Assembly: GCF_018350175.1 (NCBI RefSeq)
Contig: NC_058373.1
Span: 107,076,001 to 107,140,000, forward strand
Direction: 5' to 3'
Length of the DNA: 64,000 nt
Origin: Felis catus
Taxonomy: Eukaryota
The notes beneath the pieces were generated by a model that saw nothing but the letters and a program-made list of their open reading frames with translations, did not search any database and had not been told where the DNA came from. The stretch's first letter is position 1. Every line of letters starts with the position of its first letter. This document shows, piece after piece, positions 25,999 through 37,869 of the stretch. A program made the position numbers and the translations under genes.

Positions 25999-27179
25999 AA
26001 ATGCACACCTCAATTCAGAAAATGACATATGTAAAAAATAAATTTACTTTCCAAAATTTGAAGTTATATGCATAAATTATTTACTCTTGCTAATGACCAT
26101 TTGCTAAAGAGAAACTGTTTAATATCAAAATACCTTATCCTAAACTCTAGCTTCACCATCATTTCTTATTTCTAATTTGGCCATTAAATTATAGCAGTAA
26201 AATGCTGTCTCCCTGTGGGTCTGAATCTCTGAGCCCTGAGAGACAAAGGATTATTTTGTTTTTCATCTCCCTTTGGGTTTCAGCTTACTAATATTTTCGT
26301 TAAACATTTAAATATTTTGTCATTAAGTATTCAACGCTCAATTCAAAGCTAAACAAGTGGAAGGACTTAATATAACTCTTATAGTAAAATATCTGGGGTT
26401 GGAATTGATCCCTAAATTACCTGTATGCAGATATAGACATAACTTTAGGAAGATCTGCTAAGGAGAAAACAATTCCTTGTATGCTGTTTTGCAACGAACA
26501 AGAAGGTTAAAGGCAGCAAAACAGCTGTGTTCAGAGAAGGCCCCCAGTGAATTGAGGTTAAAAGGACTTGCCCTTGCAGGACCCCAGGTCTCTAATTGGG
26601 ACCTTCAATTCCTGTAATCCAGAAGGATTGGGACCAGACACTTCTAGATTATTGCAAAAGCCCACAGGTGACTCATAATGAAAAAACAATTAGTGTCCCC
26701 CAACTTCAGATAGAAAAGAGGCATTTAATGAAACCTGATGCAGGCCCAGCCAGGGCAAGGCGCTTAGTGAATATTCAGCCATTAGCAAAGGAGAGGAAAG
26801 TATGTATTTCCCTCTTCAATTTTAATCTCACTAAATACCTGACATTTTTCTTAACAGGGTACATTAATTTGCTATTTAAAGGGAATACAAAGTTGATTAG
26901 ACCTGTGTTTAAGAAAGGTGGTTTTCTTTGTAGCTCCACAATCAAGTAAGAGTAATAAAAATGAAGCACATCATATAAAGGACTTGAATTTCATGCACAT
27001 TTGTTCTTCTAACACATAAAGCCTATGTGAGAAGTCTAAAATCTTACAAGCCATGAAACCACAAGATCAACCCAAGCAGGAAAGATTGGTATGGAAGGAT
27101 GGTTCTGAAAATTAGGCTCCAAACTTACAGTGGTTCACAACCTGGGCTGCACAATGGAATCACCCAAGGAATTGTCTTA

Positions 27180-27561
27180 TAAGTTTTTATTTTAATTCTA
27201 GTTAGTTAACAGTGTTATATTAGTTTCAGATGTACAATATAGTAATTCAACAGTTATATACATCACCCAGTGTGCTCATCACAAGTATACTTCTTAATCC
27301 CCATCATGTATGTAACCCATCCCCCCACCTCCCTTCTGGTAACTGAGAGAACTGATGTTCTCTATAACTGAGAGTCTGTTTCTTGGTTTGTCTCTCTCTC
27401 TCTTTCCTCCTTTGCTCATTTGTTTTGTTTCTTAAATTCCACATATAAGTGAAATCATATTGTATTTGTCTTTCTCTGACTTATTTCGCTTAGCATAATA
27501 CTCTCTACCTCCAACCATGTTGTTGCAAATGGCAAGATTTCATTCTTTTTTATGGCTGACC

Positions 27562-27602
<41 letters not shown>

Positions 27603-28456
27603 CATCTTCTTTATCCATTCATCTATCAATGGACACTTGGGCTACTTCCATATCTTGACTATTGTAAATAATGCTGCTATAAACATAGTGGTGCATGTAT
27701 TCCTTTGAATTTGTGTTTTTGTATTCTTTGGGTAAATACCTAGTAGTGTGATTGCTGAATCATAGGGTGTTTCTATTTTTAACTTTTTGAGGAACCTCCA
27801 CACTGTTTTCCACAGTGGCTGCATCAGTTTGCATTCCCAATAGTGCAAGAGAGTTCCCCTTCTCCACATATTCACCAATACCTGTTCTGTCTTATATTTC
27901 TGATTTTAACCTTTCTGACAGGTGTGAGGTGATATCTTATTATAATTGTGATTTGCATTTCCCGAATGGTAAGTGATGATGAACATCTTTTCATGTGTCT
28001 GTTGGCCATCTAAACGTCTTCTTTATAGAAATGTCTGCTCATGTCTTCTGCCCATCTTTAATAGGATTATTTATTTTTTGGGTGTTGAGTTTTATAAGCT
28101 CTTTATATATTTTGGATACTACCTCCTTATTTGATATATCATTCTCCCATTCTGTAGGCTGCCTTTTTGTTTTGTTGACTGTTTCCGTCACTGTGCAGAA
28201 GCTTTTTATTTTGATGTAGCCCCAGTAGTTTATTTTTGCTTGTTTCCCTTGTCTCAGTAGTCATATGTAGAAAAAAGTTACTATGGCCGATGTCAAGAAG
28301 TTACTGCCTATGTTCTCTTCTAGTATTTTTATGGTTTCAGTTCTCACATTTAATCCATTTTGAATTTACCTTTGTGTATGATATCAGAAAGTGGTCCAAT
28401 TTCTTTCTTTTGCATGCTGCTGTCCAGTTTTCCCAACTCCATTTGTTGAAGAAACT
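27180..28456 (-). mobile_element. Carnivore L1 3' fragment with internal (GT)n
   Basis: Reverse ORF2 C-terminus ([22 protein letters not shown]) and 3'UTR. Confidence 0.93.
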
Positions 28457-28485
28457 GAGGAATGTTTTTAAATACCAATGCATGA

Positions 28486-28686
28486 GGGGCACCTGGGTGG
28501 CTCAGTTGGACTCACGGTTCGTGGGTTCAAGCCCTGAGTCGGGTTCTGTGCTGACAGCTCAGAGCCTGGAGCCTGCTTCAAATTCTGTGTTTCCCTCTCT
28601 CTCTGCCCCTCTCCCACTTGCTCTCTCTCTCTCTCTCTCTCAAAAATAAATAATATACATTAAAAATTTTTAAATAAAAAATAAAT
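28486..28686 (+). mobile_element. Can-SINE with internal deletion
   Basis: TSD aaataccaatgc(a/c)tga at 28470-28485 and 28687-28702. Confidence 0.93.
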
Positions 28687-28917
28687 AAATACCAATGCCT
28701 GAAACTCATCCATGAAGATCGTGATCTAATCAATCTGGAGATAGCCTGTTGGGATTTTCAGAAATTTCCTAGGTAATTCTAGAATGCAACCAAAGAGAAG
28801 ACTACTTTTCTGAAGAAGGAGAAGGAGAAGGAGAAGGAGGAGAAGGAGGAGAAAACAAAACAAACAAACAAACAAAAAAAAAAAAAAACAGGAGAAAACA
28901 ATCATCTATTCCATTCA

Positions 28918-29090
28918 GTACCAGCTACATAGTTTCCAGGGTCCAGTGCAAAGTGAAAACATCAGTTCTTTGTTGAAATATTATTAAGATTTCAAGATAA
29001 TGACAGAGAGTGTTAAACCAAACATGAGATCCATCTAAGCACAGGGCCCTGTGTAACAGCACAGGTAACACACTCATGAAACCAGCCTTG
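28918..29090 (-). mobile_element. MER45A hAT-Tip100 MITE
   Basis: ccagctacatagtttccagggtccagtgcaaagtgaaa...cacagggccctgtgtaacagcacaggt...catgaaaccagccttg is the reverse of MER45A. Confidence 0.8.
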
Positions 29091-29767
29091 ATTTCATTCT
29101 TTACTAAACCAAATTACTGTATTTTACTTCATTTTTTAGGATCAAGAAATATATAATCTTTTCTCAGTGTGGTGCTCACTGTGCCTCTAAGATCCCACAA
29201 ATAACAAATCCATAAACAATGTTATTGTTTATTTAAACAACTTGTCTTGAAAGTTCCCTCATTTTGTCAAGACTAATAAAGGCTAAGCTATAAAACCAAT
29301 GTGTAGAGACATTTGGACTTGCACTTTGTATCCCCATCCACAATAGAAAAAACATTTTACCTATGAAATATTAATTCTGAATACAGGCTTCTCAGTCCAG
29401 AAAGAAAAACAAAACAAAACAAATTCCTGAGTCTGGCATACTGCATCTCTTTAAAAAACTCACTAATTTTCAAATCCCTGCCCTACACATCTGGCAGTTA
29501 TCACACTACAAATTTTATTAGCCAAATCCATAGTGAAGACTCAAACTTCCAAGCCTGCGTTTATTTATTGTTCTTATATTATTGCTCTTTTCTGTATAAC
29601 AATTAGTGACTTTAAAATCTTGTTATAATTTCAGGTAAAACCTAATAATCAAAATAGTGTAGAAACTCCCTAATTTGAAATTTTGTCAAAATTTCCAGTC
29701 TCTTCAGGTTAACAGATCACTTCTTTTCTTCTGCTAGGGCAGGATGGGTCCGTTTATACAATGTTAG

Positions 29768-29786
29768 GAGAGCCCTCTGGTGGCCA
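29768..29786 (-). promoter_or_regulatory. Candidate CTCF binding motif
   Basis: The minus strand reads TGGCCACCAGAGGGCTCTC, close to the CTCF consensus TGGCCACCAGGGGGCGCTA. It lies in non-repeat DNA. Confidence 0.5.
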
Positions 29787-30051
29787 AAGTAAAATTCCAA
29801 TGTGGGCAAGTTTAAATAAACGGCTAACAATAGATTTCCAGAAATGAACAATTCCAGGAGAGGCATAGATTCCGTGCCCGACCTCTCCTCACCCAGCTTA
29901 TCCTCTTGTCACTGCTATTGGAACTACTAGGAGCGATCTAGGATTTGATTAGAGAGAACAAGCTGTGAAAATCAGGGTCTGATTCTGATTTAGGGGGAAA
30001 AATCCAGTCACATTCCTAGTTAGATCTCAAGATGCTCACTCATTTCACCCC

Positions 30052-30052
<1 letters not shown>

Positions 30053-30094
<42 letters not shown>
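30053..30094. repeat. (CA)n microsatellite
   Basis: Directly visible. Confidence 0.97.
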
Positions 30095-30096
<2 letters not shown>

Positions 30097-30198
30097 CACA
30101 GCCTCCACCCAGAAGTTCTAACCCTCTACATCCTTTTCATTTTCATTTTGCCGTGCTCCACCATCTGAAATCCATTTGGGTTAGTAAGCAGCCTCTTT

Positions 30199-30537
30199 AT
30201 TTTTTTATTTTTTAATCAGTTTCCTTAAAACTATTGATCACAACTTTGTTTTTTAAATTTGAGTATAGCTGACACAAAATGTTACATTAGTTTCAGCTGT
30301 ACAACTTAGTCATTCAACTTCTCTATGCATTATACTATGTTCACCACAACTGTCACCATGCAGTGCTATTACAATATCATTGACTATATTCCCTCGGCGG
30401 TGCCTTGTATTCCCATGATTTATTCATTCCATCACTGGAAGCCTGAATCTCCCACTCCCCTTCTCTTATTTTACCCACCCTCCTCCCCCTCCCCTCGGGC
30501 AATGTCAGTTTGTTCTCCGTATTTATAGGTCTGGTTT
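30199..30537 (-). mobile_element. Short carnivore L1 3'UTR insertion with extra 3' segment
   Basis: L1 3'UTR in reverse. TSD gtaagcagcct(c/t)ttt at 30184-30198 and 30538-30552. Confidence 0.85.
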
Positions 30538-30569
30538 GTAAGCAGCCTTTTTTTAATGCAAATATTTCT

Positions 30570-30788
30570 GGGGGCACCTGGGTGGCTCATTCAGTTAAGC
30601 TTCCGACTCTTGACTTTTGATCTCCTCTCGGGTCACGATTTCACAGTTCATAAGATAGAGCTCATTATCAGGCTCTCTGCTGACAGCTCAGAGCCTGCTT
30701 GGGATTCTCTCTCCCTCTCTCTCTCTGCCCCTTCCCTGCTTGCATTCTTTCTCTCTCTCTCAAAATAAATAAACTTAAAAAAAAATGT
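30570..30788 (+). mobile_element. Can-SINE
   Basis: TSD aatgcaaatat(t/c)tct. Confidence 0.93.
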
Positions 30789-30830
30789 AATGCAAATATC
30801 TCTGAATTCCATAGAGACTGTATAATAAAT

Positions 30831-31270
30831 CAATGGTTTTCAAAGTGTGTCTCTCAAACCACAGCATGAAGGTCACCTAGGGACTTACTAGAAATGAAAA
30901 TTCTCAGGGCACCTGGGTGGCTCAGTTGGTTAAACGTCTGACTTTGGCTTATATCATGATTTCACGGTTTGTGAGTTCGAGTCCCACATCGGGCTCTGTG
31001 CTGACGGCTTAGAGCCTGGAGCCTATTCGGATTCCGTCTTCCTCTCTCTGCCCTCCCTCCCTTGCTCATGCTCACTCTCTCTCTCTCTCTCAAAAATAAA
31101 TAAACATTAAATAAATAAATAAGCATGTAAAAATTTTGTAAAAGAAATGAAAATTCTAGAGTCTATCCCAGACCTACTGAATCAGAAACCCTGGGGGTGA
31201 GGGCCCAGTGATCTGTGTTTTAACAAGCCCACCAAGTGATTCTGATGCATGCCTAAGTTTGAGAAACACT
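30831..31270. mobile_element. MER5A MITE split by a Can-SINE at 30907-31142 (+)
   Basis: caatggttttcaaagtgtg...cccagacctactgaatcagaaac...aagtttgagaaacact. The SINE has TSD agaaatgaaaattct. Confidence 0.85.
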
Positions 31271-31295
31271 ATTTTATACTATTGGTTATTGTTTG

Positions 31296-31406
31296 CTTCC
31301 TTCTCCTCCTCTTCTCCTCCTCCTCCTCCTCCTCCTCCTCCTCCCTCCTCCTTTCCTCCTCCTCACCACCCTTCCTCCTCCTCCTCCTTCTCCTTTTTCT
31401 TCTTCT
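31296..31406. repeat. (CCT)n/(CTT)n pyrimidine repeat
   Basis: Directly visible. It abuts an L1 tail. Confidence 0.92.
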
Positions 31407-31409
31407 GAT

Positions 31410-31790
31410 TTTTATTTATTTTTAATAAAAAATTGCATATATTTAAGTTACACAACATGATGTTTTGATGTACATATACATAGTAAAATGATTACTACAG
31501 TCAAGCTAATTAACATATCACTCTCATATAGTTACCATTTTATGTGTGTATGGTGAGAGCACATGAAATCTGCTCTCTTAGCAAATTTCCAGTTACAATA
31601 CAATATTCTTAACTATAGTCATTGTACTTTACATTAGATCTCTAGGCTCATTCAGCCTACATAACTGCAATTTTGTACCCTCTGCTCAACATTTCTCCAT
31701 TTCCCCTGTCCCTGTCCCTGTCCCTGTCCCAGGTTCATCTATGTTGTGGCAAATGATGGAAACTCCTTCTTTTTAAAGACTACATTATAT
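31410..31790 (-). mobile_element. L1MA-type 3' end
   Basis: caacatgatgttttgatgtacatatac...ctcttagcaaatttcc...acattagatctctagg. Confidence 0.8.
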
Positions 31791-32382
31791 TTTATACTTT
31801 TGGCTCTTCTCATGAAATAAGATATTTCATTTCAGAGGTGCCCAATCTAAATGTGGTTCAAGGAGTTTGTTATAAATCCAGATAGATTCCCAGTCCCCAT
31901 CATTGGATATTCCAATTCACAGTAGATCTAGAGTAGGATCCAGAAATCTGTTTTTAACAAGCATCTCAAGTGATTCTGTGTAATGATACAAAGACCATAT
32001 TTTCCACATCACTGATATAGTATGTTAGACTTCAGTGGGGAGCCACAAGATGGGAAGCATTTATGATAGCATGAAGGTCCTGGATTCTTGCAAGAAGGGG
32101 GCAGAAAGGGAAGTTGGCACTGGCCAAATATACATTTTTCTTATTTTAAATGGTTTGCCTAGAGTTGGCTCCGTCTCATAAAAGCAGAAAAACTCTACTT
32201 CCTTCTCATCTCTACTTCCTTCTTATCTCCTCTCATGGCCCCTTATCTTCAAACCCCAGAAATCAAGTTGGAGTTATTATAAAAGTCATTATAGTTTAAT
32301 TGAGCTTTTGTTGGGCACCTAGAGAAACTAACCATCATATGTGATCTTTTTAATAGGAATGTGTTCTGATTTACAAATATTA

Positions 32383-32579
32383 AAATGTTTATTTTTGAGA
32401 GAGAGACAGAACATGAGCGGGGAAGGGGCAGAGAGAGAGAGGGAGACACAGAATCTGAAGCAGAGCCCAGGCTCTGAGCTGTCAGCGAGAGTCCAACGTG
32501 GGGCTCAAACCCACAAGGTGTGAGATCATGGCCTGAGCCGAAGTCGGCCGCCCAACCAACTGAGCCACCCAGGCACCCC
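32383..32579 (-). mobile_element. Can-SINE
   Basis: TSD tgattta(c/t)aaatatt. Confidence 0.93.
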
Positions 32580-33354
32580 TGATTTATAAATATTTAAAAG
32601 AAACTTTTGGAACACAATCCATTTATAAGTTGGGTATTGGCTGACTCATTTAATATTTCATAATTTTGTCCTGAACTTACAGATATTGGAAATAGTGACT
32701 AGAAAAGTTTTACAGAGAATGAGTTCCAAATTAACATTTAATTTGATTTGAACTTTAGAACACATAATTACTGATTTATACAGCCCGAAGTTTACCAAGT
32801 AGTAGTCTTTTTATTGCTTGCTGCATCCCACAATATACAATAAAAAGCACCCACATACATTAATGCATTCATTACCTATGTTAGTGTTGTATACATCACA
32901 CATACATAGTATATTATATAATTGTCCAATATAATATGCATATATTGTTACCTGTACTTTACATAACACAGTATAATGCTATATGTATGTGTATATATGT
33001 GTATAATCAATTTAGGAACAAACGGTATAATGAGGTGTTATGTGGCAAGACACCGTTTTTATCACTTTCACACCAAAGAGATTAGAAAGATGTGAACATT
33101 GGATCTCATTATTCATACCACTTATTCAAAACAATATTTTGAAAGAATATCTGGCATAATTTTCATAACATATCTTACAGACTTTCCCCCAGAATATTCC
33201 AAAACTTGAATGTTAAAGGAATGTATGGCCAAATGTGGCCTGTGGATTCCAAAGTGGATCGGATGGGAGAGTGGACCAAGTTAAAGCCACTCCCTCACCT
33301 ACCCTGCAAAAACTAATTCAAAGCAACCTCATCTCCAATGAGGACAATCATTTT

Positions 33355-33560
33355 CTTAATGTTTGTTTATTTTTGAGAGAAAGAGAGCAAGCACACATGC
33401 AGAGGAGGGGCAGAAAGAGAGGGAGATGCAGAAACCAAAGCAGGCTCCAGACCCTGAGCTGTCAGCACAGAGCCCAACCGCAGGGCTCGAACTCACAACT
33501 GTGAGATCATGACCTGAGCCGAAGTCCGATGCTTAACCAGCTGAGCCACCCAAATGTCCC
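33355..33560 (-). mobile_element. Can-SINE
   Basis: TSD aggacaatcatttt on both sides. Confidence 0.93.
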
Positions 33561-34719
33561 AGGAAGGACAATCATTTTAATCTAAAACGGTAAACCAAAA
33601 TTATTAGCCTAAAAAAAATACTTCTTCTTTGTGGCCCTTATGGAACTCTGAGTTTTTACCTCTTCCCATAAGCTTGCTTCCCTCCACCACCTGGAGGAGG
33701 CAGACAAGTAAAGAGCTCTCCATTAACTGAGCTGGGTTTTCCCTGTTTAAGAAGTTGGGTGTGACTCAGTAGGAGGAAAGCCTGTATTCCCGATCCACCT
33801 GGCCAAGCCAACCTATCCTCCCCATGGAATGCTCTGGCAACCCCTTTCCTCTTGGACTGCATCCAGCTAACACCCCCATGTTAGAAACAACTGCTGGTTT
33901 ACGCTGATCACACCCCTTAGCATTCCCAACCTAGGTTCTGTTCTGAGTGTTAAGGGTCCCCAAGTGGATATTTTAAAATGGAATCTGCTTTTTTTCCCTT
34001 GGTCTTTTGAAACATCCATAAACACCTAATAACTTTTCTTACCAGAAATACTGCAACAATTGTAAAAAACTCTAATGCAATTCAGTACTTTGGGGCCTCC
34101 CTCTCCTGCCTCCATTCCACCCTTTCAAAAAAAGTCCTTCTATAGCCAAAGCCATTACAAAAGTTTGTCAGGCCAACCAAAAATCACAAAACAAAACAAA
34201 AAACCCAGAGCATGTAGGTAGTAAATACCATATTTCTCAAGAATGCTCCAGGAAAGCCTCGATAACTTTTAGTGAAAGAAAAAGCATTCCCTTTAAGATG
34301 GGGGAGGAATAGCACTTCAGAAATGAAATAGATATTTTTATTTAGAAAGTAAATGTACCTAGGAATTAAAAGCTCTTGAAGGCCTAAGAGGGTAAAGCCT
34401 AAAAACTCAGCTTTTCAGCACAAGCCAAAAACGATAGGAGACTCTTACCTGCCTCTAAGAGTAATGCCCTGTTCTTGCTACAGAGCAGCAGCACCACCTC
34501 GTGTGCAAAAGCTTCTTGTTTTCTTTTGTTTCCTAAAGAACTAACTAGAAACCTACAGCCAGTCTGTGCTCTGAATCAGAGTCTTCACTAGTTTTCAAGA
34601 GAGGCTGTAGATGGAGAAAGACCATCCCTGACTTTCTCTGACAAGGAAAAAATAGTGGAAATTTGCTTTAGGCATCATCTCCAGCACAGCCCTTGTGTTG
34701 GATTTTTTTTTTTTTTATC

Positions 34720-34852
34720 ACCTGACACCCTTTTGACTGTGAGCTCCTGAGAGAAAAGACTGTTGTCCACCTCTGTGTTTCCACGGCATCCTAGCGTTTA
34801 GCCCAGGCGTTAGCACATGGCAGAGACTCAACAAATGTCTGACAAATGAAAG
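34720..34852 (+). mobile_element. L2 3' end
   Basis: gactgtgagctcctgagag...gcacatggcagagactcaacaaatgtctgacaaatgaa. Confidence 0.75.
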
Positions 34853-36814
34853 GATTCTACTGAAATTTTTAGATGGGACAACAAATCAGCTGGAACATCA
34901 TTACTAAATGTTTCCACCACCTAGCTCTGCAGGTTGCATTGCAAAACTTACCATTAGAATTTGATCAAATACAAAAAATGAAACCAACTTTGAAATACAA
35001 AGATGTGACTGGAAATTTCAATGGTGGAAAATTGATTCCCAATTGACTTATGTGAAGAATAAATTATGATATAAAAGGTAATTTCTTAAATAGGTAATCT
35101 AAGCTCTAACATTCAAACAGATACACCAGAATCATCCCACAAATGCTCATGAACCCAATTACATTTCTAATTACAGTTAGAGGTATTTGGGGAAATCTTA
35201 CAGTGATAAAACAATCTGAGAGCACTCATGCCTACCCAATTTCTTTCTAGGAGTCATAAATGTTCCAACACTGAGAAAGTAAATAAAACTGGTTTATTAA
35301 AAGTCACCCAGTGCATAGTTTTGCCTGATACAACAAAGAAATTACAGCCAATTCACACACACCCTTCATCTGTCAAGAACCACAGCAGTGAATTCAGCAA
35401 GCCAAAAAAACTAACAAAATTACACAGGCCTTAGCTTCCAAGAACAGTCTCGCCATCCAAAACTCTTACAAATTCCAAGGCCAGAGAACAGTGTGACTAA
35501 TTCTAACTAAAATAAAAACCAGCTGCCCAAAGCACTATAGTAACTATATATAAAAACTTAAGAACAATGCTCTGTGATTTAAGTAAGGATAAAGAAAGGT
35601 ACAGAGCATAATTGTAGTGAAGAGAGGTAAGTTTGAGAGTACCTCCAGTTTGGTTTTGATTCTCAAAAGTTCTGTTTTAACATCAGGTCAAAGGGAATAT
35701 TCTCTGATGTACTGATTTCTAACCCAAAACCTTCAAAGGTGATAATCATTTTTAATGGGATTCAATGATAAAAATCATGTAGATGACATCATTACAAAGC
35801 CCTAATTACTGAAACAACACCACCAATTTCCTGGAAACAAGATTTATTTATTTCATCATGAATGAAAATCATAATCTTCATCTGTTTAACATACTCTTAG
35901 TCCATAAAGTATATGAGATTTATATAGTGGCCCTTTGTGCTTCTATAATTATCATTTTTCTTTTGAAGATACCAATCAAATCTTAAAAAATAGATGACTT
36001 TTGGAATTTTACAAGGAAGAAAATTTAAAAAAAGGTAGGCTTAAAAAGCAGTAGTATCTTAAAACTTAATACTTTTTGTAAGTGGGCATTTATACAATTC
36101 ATGTTAAAATCATTCACAATGAGATACCACAATGAAGGAAGGTTGTACTAAGATACCTGGTGATACAGCAACCTCAAATAAGTACTTGGAGCTCCAACAT
36201 GTATTGTGATGAAACACAAGCTGTGATGAAACTTTGTGTCTATTTTCTTTGAATACTTGAAAATTGAAGGCACTCTAGAAATTCTGAGGTGCTCCATAGA
36301 CATTTTTTTTCATAGCAGCCCTGGGAAGTAAATTGAAATAACTCTCTCCCTTTCCCAGATGAGGAAATCAAGACTCAAGGAATTTAGAAAACCTAATCAG
36401 GATCACACTAGGCAGGACTGAAATTGGCATATTTGGAGCCTGTGTTTCCAGTCAAGTTGAAGGTCTCCTGTATATCTAACACTCTGCTGGGCACTGTGAT
36501 ATGAGAACAAAATATAAGATTCAGTTCCTGCCCACAAGAATTAGAATCTAGTTAGGAAGAAGAGATACACCTATGAAACACTTCTGAGCAAGAGATCATG
36601 ATAGACACTTTCAAAATACTTCCAACATAGCAGGTCTCTGCAGGTATACCTACACTTTGTCACCACCATCAGGATTAGTCAGAACTGATTATCTGGATGA
36701 AATAGCCCACCAGTAAACTGAGGGATTTACATTGTTCCTAATCAAACCATCTGAAGAGAAAAGTAATTCCACCAGCACTCAGTCAGTTTCGGGGGCTAAG
36801 GATATCCTCTAGCT

Positions 36815-37790
36815 CCATGGTTCCTAAATGTTGGTGTACATAAAAAACTATAAGGGCTTATATTCACTAAAGAAAATGTAATTAACATCTATTAACAGCT
36901 TACTGTGGGCCAGACCTTGTGATAAGCACTCTATACATATTATCTCACTTAATCCTTGTTAACAGACAAGAGAGTGAAACAGAGTTAACTTACCTAGAGT
37001 CACACTGCTAGGACTAGAAGGTGAATCATCAGACCCCAGAGTCCATGCTCATAGTCCATGCTCTACCCTGGCTGTACACTTCCATCACTTAGGAAGCTTT
37101 GGGGAAAAAAAAAAAAAAACAAAAAGCTGTGCTGGATCCTCCACCAAACCCAAAGAATCAGAATCTCTGGGAATAAAGTCAGAGCACTGGTTATTTTTTT
37201 CTTAAGTCTTGCCCAGGTACTTCTAATGTACAGCCAGTGTTGAAACCATAGCTATTTCATGCACCCAGAGACTCTGGGATGGGGCCTGCCATCTTTAGCT
37301 TCAACAATCAGCTTAGACAATTCCAATACAGGTGGTACACAGTCACAGTCTGAGAAAAACTAGTCTAGGATAGTGGTTCTCCAACTTTAGCATCCATCCA
37401 AATTACCTCAAGGGCTTATTGACACAGTTTACTGGGCCCTACCTCCAGAGTTTCTGATTCAGGTAGTGTGGGATGAGGCCTAAGCACCTGCATTTCTAAC
37501 AAATTTCCAGGTGATACTGGTGTAGGGATACCACACTTTTTTTTTTTTATTTTTTTTCCATGTTTTTATTTATTTTTGGGACAGAGAGAGACAGAGCATG
37601 AACGGGGGAGGGGCAGAGAGAGAAGGAGACACAGAATCGGAAACAAGCTCCAGGCTCCGAGCCATCAGCCCAGAGCCTGACGCGGGGCTCAAACTCACGG
37701 ACCGCGAGATCATGACCTGGCTGAAGTCGGACGCTTAACCGACTGCGCCACCCAGGCGCCCCAGGGATACCACACTTTAAGAATCACTTT
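36815..37790. mobile_element. Cluster of MER5-type MITE pieces with a MIR (about 36885-37075)
   Basis: Repeated MER5 hallmarks: gaatcagaatctctggg, tagtggttctccaacttt, cagagtttctgattcag, cctgcatttctaacaa. Confidence 0.65.
37540..37762 (-). mobile_element. Young felid Can-SINE (SINEC_Fc type) inside MER5A
   Basis: Perfect TSD agggataccacacttt at 37524-37539 and 37763-37778. Confidence 0.97.
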
Positions 37791-37869
37791 GATCTTGTGA
37801 AAATCACAGAGGGAAAAGACAAGTAGATAGTCATTTGAGAAATTATGTACGTGTGTATTTTTTCTGTAG

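Larger units (their letters stand above)
27128..28806. mobile_element. MER5-type hAT MITE split by an L1 and a Can-SINE
   Basis: The left part cagtggttcacaacctgggctgcacaatggaatcacc resumes at aaataccaatgc(c)tga...ctaggtaattctagaatgcaacc. Confidence 0.7.

Noticed and set aside
33656..33862. 68-aa minus-strand ORF ending at a possible gtaaaa donor
   Set aside because: No recognisable homology, a weak donor, and no compatible downstream exon found.
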